A stretch of DNA of 63,980 nt, filler included, from Vannella sp. (taxonomy: Eukaryota), in assembly GCA_023345925.1 (NCBI GenBank). It is 5 parts of 5 records of this genome, joined end to end, with 100 filler letters (N's around TTAATTAATTAA, not from the genome) between each part and the next. Parts side by side here need not be neighbours in the genome. Positions count along the whole stretch, not along the records: positions 15,342 to 37,094 come from JAJQQN010000556.1; positions 37,195 to 49,792 come from JAJQQN010000052.1; 3 more parts are not named here. One strand, written 5' to 3'. Position numbers and translations under genes: made by a program. The notes below the pieces were generated by a model. The model did not search any database. It was not told the DNA's origin and worked only from the letters and a program-made list of their open reading frames with translations. Positions 32,362 to 45,703 of the stretch are shown piece after piece (position 1 is the stretch's first letter; the number at the start of each line of letters is the position of its first letter).

Positions 32362-35035
32362 TTACGACACGAAGTCCTTGTTCAGAAGGTGTAGGAGGAG
32401 GTTGACGTTGAGTATGAGAAACTCAGTGCTGTAAGAGAGCTGATTGGTGTGCTGTCGCTCGAGAAGGTCGTCCAGTTTGAGTTGCATCTTGGCGATGGGG
32501 CGGCGGGCGAAGATGACAACAACGTCAAACTCTCCAGGTGAGTTAGAGGAGAAGTTAAAGTAGATCGCTGCTCGTCTAGCTACGGGTGAGAGAGAGAAAA
32601 GGGGGAAAGAGGGGCGACCAACCTGTCCGCTGGCGCTTCAGACTCCATAATGACGCCGTCCTTCTCCAGTTGCACGTGCGTGTACTTGAATGGACCTCGT
32701 GGCTTCTCCTTCTTGCTTTTCACTGTCTTTTTGCTCTTGCGCTTGTCCTCCTTCTTCCCCACGGCACTTTGTTGTCTCACATTGCCCAGATACTGTTTGT
32801 AGGCGTCAAACTGCTCCTGTAAGAAGCTATGATGACTATCGATGCTCTCTAACACCTCTGAGAGACGTGACTGGTCCTCCTTCACCTGCTTGAAGAGGTT
32901 TTCGTGGTTCAAGAGCTCCACAGCGGCGTCCATTCGAAGGGCCGCGTAGTCGTCCTCTCGATTGATGAGCGCTTTCTCTTCTAACAGCTGACAGTTCGCT
33001 TTGATCTGGTCCACGTTCTCCCCCAGGGTCCGGTCGTTGGTCCTCTTGGAGAGCTGAACGGCGATTTCCAACATCTCTTGGATGTTCGTGCAGTCTCCGC
33101 TCTCTGAGATGGCTTTCATCACACAGAAGAGCAAGTGTTTGGTTTCTGTGTAGGTTTGATCGATAGAGCAGACCTCTTCCGAGCCAGCCTCTCGTTTAAC
33201 GGACTTGTCCAACTCCAAGTCCACATTCGCGTTGTCCTTGCGAGGGAGCTGTGCTGGAGCGTTGCCTATCTGCTTCATGATTGTCGTAAGAGTATCGTTG
33301 TTGCTTTGGTCGATGTCCCTCTGCCATAGGTGAGTGGAGGGCGCAAAGGAAGGAGGAATGGAGCCGAGTCCTACCATAGAGGAGAGGTTGAGCTCGAGAA
33401 GGGAGTGGATAAAATACATTTCGTTCAAGGAGATGTTGATTGTCACCACATCTGTCTTCGCCAGAGCAATGTACTGGTCAATCTGCATCAAGTGAGTGGC
33501 CACTCTCCCCAAAGCGTCGTCTTTCACTCACTCCACCGACCTTCGAAGGGTCTTCCACTTCTGTCAGAGACAATAAGAAGTGATTCATGCGCTCACGGTT
33601 CCGATCCAGCACGAGGTTAAGAGGTTCCATGTACTCCTCCTTTACCCCTCCAAACTGGACGTTGTTGGCCATGTTCTGCATGATCTTGGCCAGTAGAGTC
33701 AGGTTCCTTCGTGCTGGGCCACTCAGTTTCGTATCCACGAGCATAAAGGACTGAGGAGTGACGATAGCGGGATTGACGAAGCGGAGGAGGAAGAATCCTC
33801 CCACCATAGAGCACACCTGGGCCTCAGTAGAGTCAGGGAAGAAGGTGACCATGAAGTGACTGATCTGCTTGCAGATCCAGCGGATGCCGTAAGGGATACG
33901 CGGCAGAGACTCAATCAAAGCGGTGATGAAGTTGTCTGTCACTTCGCCCAGCTGTTCCACGCGGGTCTGAATGAGCTGCTTCACATCGCTGTTCTCAGCT
34001 GCTTCCTCTGGTAAGGGCTTGCGGGGGAGAGTAGAGACCTTCCCTGTGGTAGACTCAAAGTCGTTGACCATCATCTCGTAGACCTTTAAAGGGTTAATCT
34101 CCAGCACCAGGTTGGACTGGGACGTGACAGATGATAGAACCTCGGTCAGGGTATCCTTCAAGTAGTGCTGGCCCGGAGAGCGACGCGTGTACGTCGTCAT
34201 CATGCGTGTGAGAGCTGTGTTGGCGCGGAGGAGGCTGCCAATGTTCTTAGCCAGGGAGAACTCGGTTTTCAGCACTCTCTATACCCTCTCACAATCAGTA
34301 TCTAGAAGGAGAGGTCTCCATGGTGGCCCAGCGCTGACCTGGAACATGGAAAGGAGCAAGTGTTCCTCGTTCTCGTCGAATTGGTTGCCGTAGAGCGTGA
34401 ACATGACGGTTTGCAGCAAGTTGTCGATCTCAGCTATCTTAATAAGAGATGTGAGCGTGGCAATGTATCGCGTATCGGTCTGGAGAAGGTAAAAGAGCTT
34501 GCCATAGTGCTAATGCCCGTACAGGTTAGTACAGCAACCAGGGCGCACATGACGAGAACCTCATATAAGCACTATCATTAGTACCTACCTGGCGTAGTGT
34601 CTTGTCCTTGAGTGTGGTCGTTTGATTGATAAGAGAGATGTCGCCGGACTGTGCAATGACTTCCTGCAGTGAACGGGCCGGTAAGCCTTCCAGATGGAGT
34701 TCAAGACCACTCGTAGTGTCCTACGGTGGTCTGTGGTTAACGTACTTCAAGGGAGATGCGGTTACGAATGAGAAGGGCAATCTTCTTGTCCAGGTTGCGA
34801 ATATCTCTCTCCAGGGTGAAGTTCTTCTTGCTCGAGTGTGCGATAGCTCGTTTGAGTTCATTCAGACTCTTCTGTTCTGCAAGAGAGGGGTGGAAAGTCA
34901 GACCAACGCCAACTAACGGTTCCTCCCTTCACCTTGCGCCAGCTCATCCCCCTTTGTCCTATCCTGCTTGCGAACAAGACCCAACAGACTGCGGGTGCTA
35001 AAGGATGAAGGGTCTGTACCGCTCCGGGTGAACAT
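32362..35035 (-). CDS. Gap1/IQGAP-related RasGAP with RasGAP_C domain, ~7 introns; start approximate
   Basis: SKKNFTLERDIRNLDKKIALLIRNR, SLLRANTALTRMMTTYTRR, LEINPLKVY, PYGIRWICKQI, GGFFLLRFVNPAIVTP, LKLDDLLERQ...LNVNLLLHLL. Confidence 0.93.
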
Positions 35036-35148
35036 GAAGCGGCAGGCCTCGCAGGTCCAAGAAAGAATGACGCTTTCGCCATCCCGGTCCCTTTCTGGTG
35101 GTCCAGGAAGGAGTAGGGGAGGCGTGTACGTCGTAGAAAGAGCTTGTA

Positions 35149-35858
35149 TTAGTGTAAAGGCTTCCCTCCTTCGCGGCGGGGGGCGTAAGAGGCTTTCTTT
35201 GTGGTTTCCAGATGTCGGGAGGAGAGAGAAGGGATGGGGATGGGAGCACTGGGTCGGTATCTCCATGAGCCAATAGGAGGGACAGGAAGGGTAGCGTGGG
35301 AGTGGAGCTTGTTCCAGTACCGAAGGAGCTTGTCTTGACGCTTCTTGAAGCACTTGCAGGGCACGTGTAGGTCGAAATCTATCGCCTTTAGGAACTCAAG
35401 CTCCAGAGCATTCATCTCCTTTGGTTTCAGACCCGCCACTTGCGCGTAGAACGAGTTCCTGAGGAAGAAGTCGTCACTGTACTTGACAGCAAGCACGATC
35501 GCGCAGGCCAGCAGCCTGTGGACATTCAGTTGCCCTAACAAGATGTCTGGGTTACGCTCTAACAACCTCTCGAGGTAGATCAGGGCCAGCAGAAGCTGAT
35601 CTCCACTAACTCGAGCAAACTCTTGAAAGCGAAGAAGATAATCTCTCAGAGAGATCGGCGCTTGGCCTACTCCATGGAACAGAGTGACTCTAGACTTATC
35701 AACCTATCAGATGCATCAGAACACTCCTCCAGAAGGACCCAATCGCCCAAGTGACTCACCAGTGGGACTCCTCCGGTGGCCATTCGGAAGTGCAGGAAGC
35801 TGCTGATGATCTGGTGACCATCTGCCAGACCAGAGAACATCGCAGTTACGTCAGGCAT
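35149..35858 (-). CDS. Pho80/Pcl-type (U/P-type) cyclin, 1 intron
   Basis: FHG...APISLRDYLLR, LALIYLERL, NVHRLL...LAVKYSDD...NSFYAQVAGL...EMNALELEFL. Confidence 0.92.
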
Positions 35859-35974
35859 GCCACGAACTGGGTCAAGAAGAGGCAGCGGCCGAGATACAGC
35901 AAAAGCGTGTATTTTTCCTTGAATGGTTCCTGTTTGGGATGGCCCGTTGGTTGTTTGGCGTTGTTTAATGAGGT

Positions 35975-37094
35975 TTAGAGGTTGTTCCAGAGGCAAACGG
36001 TGCTGTCCATACTGCCGGTGATGAGAGAGGTCTTGCCAAGGGCAAGGCAAGTGACATCACTTTGCTGTTCCAACGCATCGGCGAGGGAGGCTTTCTTCTC
36101 TCTCTTGGGGAGATCCCAAACTTGAGTGGATCCGGCTTTCGTTCCAGCTAAGAGTGTGCTACCATCAGTAGCAAGACACCTGCAACCAACGCATTAGCGA
36201 GTGTGGTGAGGCCATTCATGCAGGGACTTACATGACTTGATCTTTTCCTTTGAGTTCGTAAACGCTTGAGAGACTTCCCACGTCCACACAGTGGACAGTT
36301 CCATCAGCACCACCAGTGAATACTTGACGCCCATCGGGAGACAGTACAATCGATCGGATGGCTCCTGAATGAATGCGTTGGGTGCGTTGTACATCAGGAG
36401 TTCGTTGGTCACTCAGAAAGATCGATCCATCGTCATTTCCGAAGATGCAAATGTTCTGGTCCCATCCCAGGTCAATGCATTTCACTTCTGAATGATTCTG
36501 GAAGCCTCCAAATGTCCATAAAGGAGAGATAGCCGAGGGAGTTAACTGCCAGAACTTGACCGTGCTATCCCACGAGCCCGATACGATCATATCTCCCCGT
36601 AGTTGCATGCAAGAGACGGCATCTTCGTGTGCTAATACCTTCTCTCGCACGGAACCGAAATCCATACAGTATAGATAACTGAGGCGAGGTCGGGTGAGGT
36701 TAGAAGAGGACTTGAAGAGGAGAGGGAACCCACATGTAGTTGTCCCAAGAGCCAGCAATGACAGCCTCTTCGTCCTTTGTCAAAAGGCAGGATGACAATG
36801 CGAGCTTGCTCAATTGTATGTTCCGTGTCTGCTTGGATTGTGGGATGTTGAACAGCTTGAGGCTCCCGCACTTTGAAACTGAATAGAGAGTGCTCTCGTC
36901 TTCACTTAGACTCATCGCAGTCACTCCGCTACAGTCATGTCAGCACCATCTAGAATTGAGCAATCGGAACGTACTCTCTATGGAGCTTGTATGAGAAGTG
37001 GCAGTTGAATGTGGCCACATCTGGCCAAATGATGCTCTCTTCAGGGGCAGCATCTGGTATCACAAGGAAATCGAGAGATTCGACTTGTGGAACA
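35975..37094 (-). CDS. C-terminal WD40 part of a FAN/NSMAF-like (BEACH-WD) protein; 5' end lost at gap
   Basis: LYSVSKCGSLKLF, RNIQLSKLALSSC, AGSWDN, AHEDAVSC, VSGSWDSTVKFW. Confidence 0.7.
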
Positions 37095-37194
37095 NNNNNN
37101 NNNNNNNNNNNNNNNNNNNNNNNNNNNNNNNNNNNNNNTTAATTAATTAANNNNNNNNNNNNNNNNNNNNNNNNNNNNNNNNNNNNNNNNNNNN
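37095..37194. other. Artificial contig linker
   Basis: N-run/TTAATTAATTAA/N-run, 100 nt. Confidence 0.98.
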
Positions 37195-37600
37195 CTTCCG
37201 CCCCTTTCGACTCTCCTCGCTCCACCACCGTCAAGTTCACCTCTGTTGCCGGCTCTGAGGAGAAACCTCCTCGCCTGAGTCTTGTACAGTCCGCTGCATC
37301 CTCGCTGTTCAGTGGTTCGGGAGCTTGGGAGTCAAAGTGTTGATCTTCTGCTTCCTTGAACCTTTCCAGCTGCTGCTGCAGGAACTGGATAGGCCGAGTG
37401 GGCCTCTCTGTATACACCTCCGCCACCAAGATCCTCAAAACCTCCTCCACACCAGAAGAGCGCAAGTATCCCTCCAAACTCTCCCTCCCTGGCTCCTCCG
37501 AATGGGAAGGAAGCTGACTCCGCCTAATACTCGACGTTGAGAGGCTACTCCCCAGCATTGACTTCCTCATCTTCAACGGTGGACCTGCCAAAGGCTCCAT
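37195..37600 (-). CDS. cAMP-dependent protein kinase regulatory subunit, N-terminal part; 3' end truncated
   Basis: Dimerisation/docking helix pair YLRSSGVEEVLRILVAEVYTERPTRPIQFL and inhibitor site RRGGFSSEP; cNMP domains not visible. Confidence 0.75.
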
Positions 37601-37903
37601 CAAAGCCGTGAATGTGAAATGAGAACTTGGGCGCATCGGATGCCCCAATACGGCGGAAGGTTCCAATCCCCATAAAAGGAAATTGCCAGGATGACCCTGC
37701 CCGCCTTCATGAGCAATCAGCGCGATACAATCAAATATAAAAGAAATGGCCCTCAAGGGAAAACCTTGGGCGCCAATTTGGCGGATTTTCGTTTTTGGCC
37801 AAAAGTGTCTATTTGCAGAGGAAGCGAAAAGAATTATTCTTTGGAAAGGAAACGAGAAATTGGGATGCGAAACGCCATTTCCGCATCCCAAGGAGTTTAG
37901 CGG

Positions 37904-40900
37904 ATGTCGGAGGGTTCTCCTTTGGGGAGAGTGTGGGCTCTGGGGAAGAAGCGAAAGGAAGCGCCCTTGACCGAGCAGTATGCCATTGTTGGTCACAGTG
38001 GCGCGCGAGATGGGATCCTTCTTCAACCAGGAGAGGCCTTCACGCGCTCCTTTACCATCCAGAACACTAGCGAGGTCACAGAGAAGGTGAAATCACGGGT
38101 AATGAAGCTTCAGCACTCATCAGGAACCCTCTTGAAGGAGTCTCTCCTCTTCCTTTGGCCGCTTCCTAGCAAAACTGTCACCGCAAGTATTGTCTTCCTC
38201 CCCTCGCCTTTGTTCTCACTCGAGGACCAGATTACCCTCGAGCTTAAGGCCCCAAATGAACCAGGGTGGTGCGAGAGCTACTGGTAAGTGTCCTCCTCAG
38301 CACAGTGATCCTTGCCAACAAGAGAAACGCAGGAAGTTGGAAGGCTTTGAGAATGAGAAGGACTTTGGGGTCAAGTTTGAAGTACTAGATCTCGTCTTAC
38401 CCTCTCCCGAACCCTCAGAGTCAACAGAAGCTCCTATGATATCAAATGAGCCAAGCGATGGGCTGATGGAGGCACCAAGGCCCGACAAAGAGCTCAATGA
38501 AGACTCCACAGATGCTTCCTCAAGCCAAGCAACCGAGGAAGAGCGCCGTAGAAGGAAGAAACATAAGCGATCGACGCGCTCCCGCCAAGATCGCAGAAAG
38601 TCAGACGTTGACGAGGACTCTCTTCCAGAAGCCCCCCGGCCTCTCAATCGCGCTTCTAGTTGCAGTGAAAAGCTTCGTGCTGAGAAGAAGGAACCATCAG
38701 AAACTTCAGAGAGTCTCCAGGCCCCTGAGGACCCGAAAACTGCCATGAACTCTCTGGCTAGATCAACTACAAGCTCTGAGGCCATCCGCCGGCCTAAACA
38801 CAGTCGCCATGCAAGTACTTCTTCCACTAGAGACTCAGCAAAGTCTCCTCCTCGCTCCCGGCGCTTGCGGAGCCGCCGCAAGGCACAAAAACCTCTCCCC
38901 GACACAAAAGACTCAAGCGACGCCGTCTCAGCAACAGATAGTGCTCCATCACCAGAGGGTCCTCCTTCTATACCAACTTCCTCTTTGTCAGCTCCTTCTC
39001 TTCCAACTAATACCCCCCAACCGGAAGAAACGAAGATTGAAGAAGGCTCTCGCTCCACCACGACGCAAGAGAAGGGAACCTTACTTCCTCTAGCAGTAAG
39101 TGAACCGCTTCCTGTAACTAAGGACGCTTCGCTGCATCCAAAATCACAATTAGTGACTCCGCCGTCATCCAAACTTGCGAGAAACATGTCCTCTCGGGTA
39201 GGCTCTCCTAACGCAGATGTCATCTCTGAGATAAGTGCCTCTCGACTTCAAAACGTGCGGCAAGGGGATTCTGTGGTACTTCGATGGCAAGAAAGTGTGA
39301 TGAACGACGAATCAATGAAACTGGCGATGTTAGAGAGGAAGAAGAAGAACCTTTCTATCCAAAGGGCCCTCTCCTTACGGAGTGTTGTCTCTTTAAGTAA
39401 GACTTTCGCGATTCCCAAGGCTTCTGAGAAAGCCAGTGTTCGAGAAGCATCCCGCCTTGCCAATTCTGTCGCGCCGCTTGGCCACCGAGAGAACCCCCCT
39501 TCCAGACAAAGAGTCCGAATCCATCAACCTGGCGTTGAGAAAGTAAGCCACGCTCTCGCCAAAATGGAGCAAATCCTGCTCCTGGGACGAGAACTCCAAC
39601 AGGCACTGGGACAAGTGGGCGAGGAATTCTCTGTCGACTCAGCTCTATCAGAGTTATCTTCTTCTTGTCATCTCCAACTGGAACGCTTTCTTCCCTCTTT
39701 TGAAGAAGCAACGGAGCAGATGAAGATGAAGCAAGAGAGCATTCCGCATGTCTATTTTGTGGGCCAGATTGATGCCGAGATATGGCTTCACATTTTTTCA
39801 TTCCTTGCAGTGAAGGATCTCTCTCACGTAGCTCAGACTTGTTCATTCTGGAAAGTCCTTTCAGAACATGATTCGTTGTGGCTTCCGCGATATCAGAAGC
39901 TGAACCCAGCCCCTTCTCCCAAAGAGTGCGCGTTTGTAACCCGCTCGACCAAGGCAAAGAGTCTGTTCTCCTTGGAGAATGGATTCAGCTCCTGGTAAGT
40001 CTTTCCATCCATCAAGCTTTCGCAGCTATTCATCAGATACTTCTCCCTCCAGGTTTGAAGAGAAGAACTTCTGCATCACCACAACAAAACATATCATCTC
40101 AGACTCCACCTCCTCATGGCCCATCTACGACCTTCAAGCAAATGGCCAAACTCTCGTGACCGTATCTGACTGTGTCAGAGTCTACGACCTCAAAAAGAAG
40201 AAGCTCAAAGCCACTATGTGTAAGTCCTCCAGGATTCAAGGCACCTTCTTGCTCACAGAATCTCCCAGCGGGACATGAGAAAGTGGCACAATGCGTTCAC
40301 CTCGCCCGGGAAGCGCGTGCGTGTATCACAGGGTCAGTAGATAAGACAGTGAAGATTTGGTCTCTTTCAGACTACGAATGCATCAACACCTTGATAGGAC
40401 ACACCGGGTCCGTCAATGACGTCCAACAGCTGGATGATATTATCATCAGCACAAGTATGCATGACAAGACTGTTCGCTTCTGGGACCCAGTATCGGCTAC
40501 ATGCCTTCATACGGTCGAGTCTAAGGATGGAGTGGCTTGTCTGGCGGTCAACCAAGCAAGATTCCAGTCTGGCCATGTGTACTTTGGCACTGTGGATGGC
40601 AATGTGGTACAGTGGGATGTAGAGGCGCAGCAAGCTGTGTCTTCTCAGAAGATTGCGATGGGAATGGTGGAGAGTCTCCAAGTATGTGGTCAAGTCATCA
40701 TCGCCAGTGACTACACTCGCATCAATCTGCAGTCCTTAGACGATCCCACCCAAACCTGTGTCTCTCCTATGATGAACCGCAACGTTGGTCGCCTTCACTA
40801 CGATGGATACCGATTGGGAGTCCAAGTGGGCACCCGTTTGAGTGTCTTTGACGTTCGTTATCTCTTTGAACGGCGCGGTGAGATCGCTATTGATAACCTC

Positions 40901-41046
40901 TGGAAGGTGAGTCTGTTCCTTGTAGTCTGTAGGACCTAGTTACTGATCAGTGGCACCAGGGAGCCTTCCAGTTCGTAGATAACGAGGTCGTGGTGGGGTC
41001 TGGATCGGGGAAACTGTACAAGTGGGCGCCTCCTCTCGGTGTATGA
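37904..41046 (+). CDS. F-box/WD40 protein with an N-terminal NBR1-FW (Ig-like) domain and a long disordered linker, 4 introns
   Basis: DGILLQPGEAFTRSFTIQNTS...LELKAP.EPG..ESYW/KL...FG; F-box IDAEIWLHIFSFLAVKDLSHVAQTCSFW; WD40 ITGSVDKTVKIW, GHTGSV, DKTVRFWD. Confidence 0.82.
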
Positions 41047-41091
41047 TAAAGAGACTGCTTCTCGCATTGTTTATCCCTTTGAGGTTCGAGG

Positions 41092-41452
41092 TTAATCATC
41101 CTCCACCATGGCAGCGATCTTTTCGCTCTTCTTTTGCCGCCGCATTTGCTGTTTGGTGATCCTTCGGTGTTTCTTGGGTCTAAAGAGGGTATGATGAGGC
41201 CCTGATCTAAAGCTTGAAGGGCCTTACTTCTCTTCTTCCATGACTACTTCACCTGTGGCCTCTTCCTGTTCCTTCTTCTTCTCTCGGAGCTGCTCACTCC
41301 TCAGAAGGGTGATCCCTCCCTCCCCGACTCAGTTGCCTTACCTCTCTCAGCTTATCAAGTTTCTTCTGTCGTTCCTGCTCTTTCTCCTTCTCACTCTGTG
41401 CCAGGAAGTCGTTGTACTCCTTCCGTTTCTTGATGCTGTTCTTCCGCGCCAT
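41092..41452 (-). CDS. Small basic coiled-coil hypothetical protein, 2 introns
   Basis: MARKNSIKKRKEYNDFL... spliced via two GTAAGG...AG introns to ...KKSEKIAAMVEDD*. Confidence 0.6.
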
Positions 41453-42421
41453 CCAAACAATGCCATCTATTGTCATTCCGTGTTCATTGAATCAACCGAG
41501 TCAAAAGAACCTCAACTAAAACATATAAACAGTTCATTGGTCCCGATGAGAGGTCCCAAACCGGATAGCGATAGCGGGAGTGGTTCACTGAGAGGTCAAG
41601 GTAGTTCGGTTGGAAACATAAACCAAGATATACCGTTTATTTGGTGCAGGTTGTTGATAAAACCTTGGGAAACGTCACCAAGAGGCACAAAGTGCGAACT
41701 AGGACTCCATCCTCGGAGCCAAACCCGAACTTCTGCTAGTGAAGAGTCGGGAAAGTGAAGTCGCCTTCCTCCAGAACCGTTGTGATGCCGCCTTGCTGAG
41801 AGGATCGTTGAGTAATGTTGGTCTCCGTGAGGAAGTTTCTCATGCATGAGAGGCGCGCTCGCAGGCGGCTCGTGTTGGCTTGAAGGGCAGGAACCGTTGA
41901 AAAGAGCTCAAAAGCAGACGCGTTGAGCGTTGTAGGCCAGAGGAGAAGTCCGAGTTGGGTGTGGTTGCGCCAAAGAGTTCATGATTCGCGTTGCAAGACG
42001 GGTGGGTTTCGGCTCTCACGTCAGCGAGACCCTTCCCTTGGGGCAGTTGTAGTCATTTGGTTAGAGCGCGTACCTCTTCTTCTACTCAAACCGGGCCCAA
42101 GAACAGTTGGCAGTACTTGTTTCCAGACCTCCTTGATGTTGTCGGGCGTGGGAAGACGCTTGCTGCAGTGGAAGGTGTGGAAGCACTGGGTTGATTTCTT
42201 GTTCTTTTCAACAGGGTGAGGGACGGGAGAAACTCGACTTAATGCAGATGAGCGGCACAAGGGAGCACAGAGGGGAAGGTTGCTGGTGGTAATTGCGCTT
42301 TGTGTCGACAGCCCCTCAACTGGACACCTCGAGGTGAACTTTTCTTCAAGGGCTAGGTCGAAAGACTTGGCCCCCCATTTCAAGAGGGGGAGAAGGATCC
42401 TCCTTCAAGAAGAAGGATAAA

Positions 42422-43297
42422 ATGACAAATGAGAACTGGGAACAGCAGAGCTTGTCGGTCAAAGAATTCTTTTACCAACCAAAGTGTGTGCCTGTCATCG
42501 CAATACTCCGAAACAGAGAGTCCTTGTTTTCTCCACTGACACCACCCAAAGAGCAATTATAGGGGGAAGTCCAAATCAAGTCTACCCTTATGTCCGTGTA
42601 AGGTAATCAGCCGTTTCTCGTTACGAGAATTGTGCGTCCATTCTCTGAAGTTGCGGCTGAGACAGGGAAGAAGCGCCAAGAGGACCATTTCTTGCTCGTT
42701 CACCTGATGACACCCGAATTCAACGGTGCCTTGCGCGTCTTTGAAGGACAGCTAACTCACGAACATCGCCCTGTCGCTTCTTTGCCCCCTTTCCCTCAAG
42801 AAGGCGACTTCGTAGCTGTGGTGGATCCTTTGCATGCTCGGGACATCCCCTGCGACCAGAGATGGCGTTGGAACCAAGCCAAGTGCCGTGAAGAGGTGAC
42901 CATACCACAATACGGGATAACCGTTCGGATAGCGAAGATGATCTTGCGCCAGAAGAAAACTCAAGAGCGCATGTCCGTCCCCTCGGCCAAGGTCTGGGTG
43001 TTTGAGATAATCGGTTATTCCCCCGTCAATTTAACCTTCCGAGGAGCTGTATGGTACCAGCAGCTCCCCACTAGACCGACACATCCAACCACATCTCCAC
43101 CAGTTATCATCGTCCCTCCTCCTGAGAGACTTCCCGCAATCACTTACCCCATGTGGCAGCCTCCTAACCTACCCTATCTTCCACCTGCTGTATATCCCGT
43201 CCCCATCCAAGCACATGAGAGGCATCCAGGCGTGCCATTACCGCCGCCACCGTCTCATCCAAACCTCAATCGGTATCACAATCAATACACAATGTAG
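42422..43297 (+). CDS. Hypothetical protein, globular domain plus Pro-rich tail; 5' exons uncertain
   Basis: 221-aa open frame 42632-43297; upstream ATG exon at 42422 with a candidate GTGTGT...AAAG intron. Confidence 0.5.
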
Positions 43298-43418
43298 ATG
43301 ACTCCACTGGGATCCAGAAGCTGCTACATAGCAAAGAAGAGCCAACAAGACCGGTTGGGGAGCCTCTCGGCACCAAAAGGGCGGTTAAAGACTCAATGGA
43401 TGAATGAAGAAGCGTGAA

Positions 43419-45607
43419 TTAAAGCGAAAGGAGGTGGCCCTTCTCCTTAGCCTCCAGCTGATCCTTTTGGCGCTCTTTCCATCCAAAGAAGAAGGCCATT
43501 GCGGCCAGGACGATGCACGCCGAAGTGCAGCCCGTCATTGTCCAGAAGGTGGTACCAGAGGGCATTAACAACACCTCAGCAGACCAGAAGTACGGTCTGG
43601 AAGGGGGACCGGGGTTGCAAGTCACTTGAGAGTTTGGCATCAAATCAGGGAACATTTGATAATGCTTCTTCTACCCGTCCACCCCGCTTATGTGTGAGTC
43701 AATGACAGTGAAAGTGGTAAGACTTACGCCATTGGAGATGGGGAACCCTGAGTAAAGGGTTTGGACATAGTGACTGGTAGTCCCAATGCCAAAGTAGACA
43801 TAAGGTGTCTGGAGGGCCAAGTATCCACTCTGAGAGAACTGGGTACCAATGGTCACACGCTTCTCTTGATCATTATCAGACCAAATGTACTTGAAGACTG
43901 CGCCTGGTTGATTCACTCCAATTGGTAGAGGGGAAGGGAACCGCGGGCTGTCACACCAGGACATACAAAGTCCACTCAATCCTTTGACTTTAAAGAAGTA
44001 GGCCCCGTAGTCCACATCATTCTCAATGGCAATGATTTGGAGTCGACCGCTAGGACCAGTACTTGTCTCTCCTACAACGAGAATATCCAAAGTGCCGTCA
44101 TCCCTAAAGTCAAAGAAGGTTACCACAAAGGGATTCGCCACACTCCCAACAACACTCGTCGCAGGGTCATTCTCAAAGGTGCGGCGGTTTTGGTCAATGG
44201 CTTCTTGGGTACACAAGTTAGTGCCACAAGGAATGCTGTGCCAAAGGACAGCTTGAGTGGAAGTCCCATTGGTAAGAATCATGGCAATGTCTGCGCTACC
44301 ATCTTTGTTGTAATCTCCTACTCTCAATGTAACTGGAGAGATGATTTCGTATTGAGCAGACGTCTTGAATGAGAAGCCATTGAAGTATTCCTTGCCAATA
44401 ACCACTTGCTGCCCCCCAGGGATGCCATTAAGCTCTGGAATATCATAGGGATGGACAACTCCACAAACATCCTCAGAATCCAAGCAGTCGTCTCCGTTAC
44501 CTGACACACTCGGGCAAATAGTCTCCTGCCCGTTATAGATCACATTAATCGAGTTGATGTCTTCACAAGAGTCCTCTGGCATGCAGATGGGGAAGATAAA
44601 ATCGGTTGTCCCATCCCTATCTGAGAGATTGTTAGCTTGCGATCCAACAGAAAGAAGTAGACGCACCAAAATCAGCAAAAGAGACCTGTCCAGCGCCTTC
44701 AGGCATTGGGATGAGGCGGTCTAAGTTCCATTGATTCTCATTGAATGTCCAAATCTCCATCACTTTGGTTCCAGTGGTGCTATTCAGACTGAAGATGACA
44801 AGATCCGCCAAGCAGTCCCCATTAATATCAACAAATGCGTTTGAATGCGGTTTTGCGAGAGGATTCAGCTCCGTTTGGCTCGGGAATGGCACTGCATTGA
44901 AGGTGCCGTCACCATTGTTCACCCAAAAGACGCGAGTTCCATTGGGCGCCTGTCCAAAGAGATCAGGCTTCATATCCAAGTTATAGTCCATCAGTAGCAA
45001 ATGCACACTCGAGTCAGCTGGCTCAGCAAAGGCTCCTGAAGAGGTAAACTCAGTGCGGTCTCCAAAATGGATTGTCGTGGAAGAGGATAAGCTTCCCCCT
45101 ATCCCAGACTGTACGAGAACATCCAACATTCCATCTCCATTGAAGTCAGCAGGGATAATCGACTGGATCAGAGATTGGATAATCTGAGCGTCACCCAATG
45201 GCAGGTACTGCTGGTTTCCTGAGTGCATGTAAGCCAAGGGATAGGTGTGGTTGGCTTTGGTTCTCACCTGGCCCCCAAACGAAGACCTCCACCATCTCGT
45301 AGCTTCTATTGGACTCTCCGTAGGAGATGAGGAAGACGTCAGCGCTGCACCGGTTGATTAACAACGCTGGAAGAAAGCATATGAGGGATAGAGCCTACAA
45401 ACTGTCCGAATTGAAGTCACCAAAGGCAGCGGCGTATCCGTCAAAGTTTGTGAAGCCAAGTTTCACCACCTCCATGGACGCATCAGCTGCAACAGGGTCC
45501 CACATGGATAGATGAGGGTTCACAAGACTGTCCAACCATGACGCCTCGCAGTTCCCCAACAAAACAGCCACGAACAGCACAAAGCCGACCCGAGCCACCC
45601 CCCACAT
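43419..45607 (-). CDS. ITFG1: T-cell immunomodulatory protein/LINKIN homolog (FG-GAP repeats, TM), 4 introns
   Basis: Signal peptide, AAFGDFNSD, PADFNGDGMLDVL, PHSNAFVDINGDCLADL, GVNQPG, QSGYLALQTPY..FGIG, TM then WKERQKDQLE. Confidence 0.92.
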
Positions 45608-45703
45608 CAGTGTCTGAACCTAAAATACCATCAACTGATATAATCAATACCCAGCACCAGCATTAAATGGGTCAGATCCGCTAAACTGGCGGCCTCAAGT
45701 CAA

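Noticed and set aside
41596..42383. Minus-strand ORFs of 83 and 120 aa
   Set aside because: No motif and no reliable gene model
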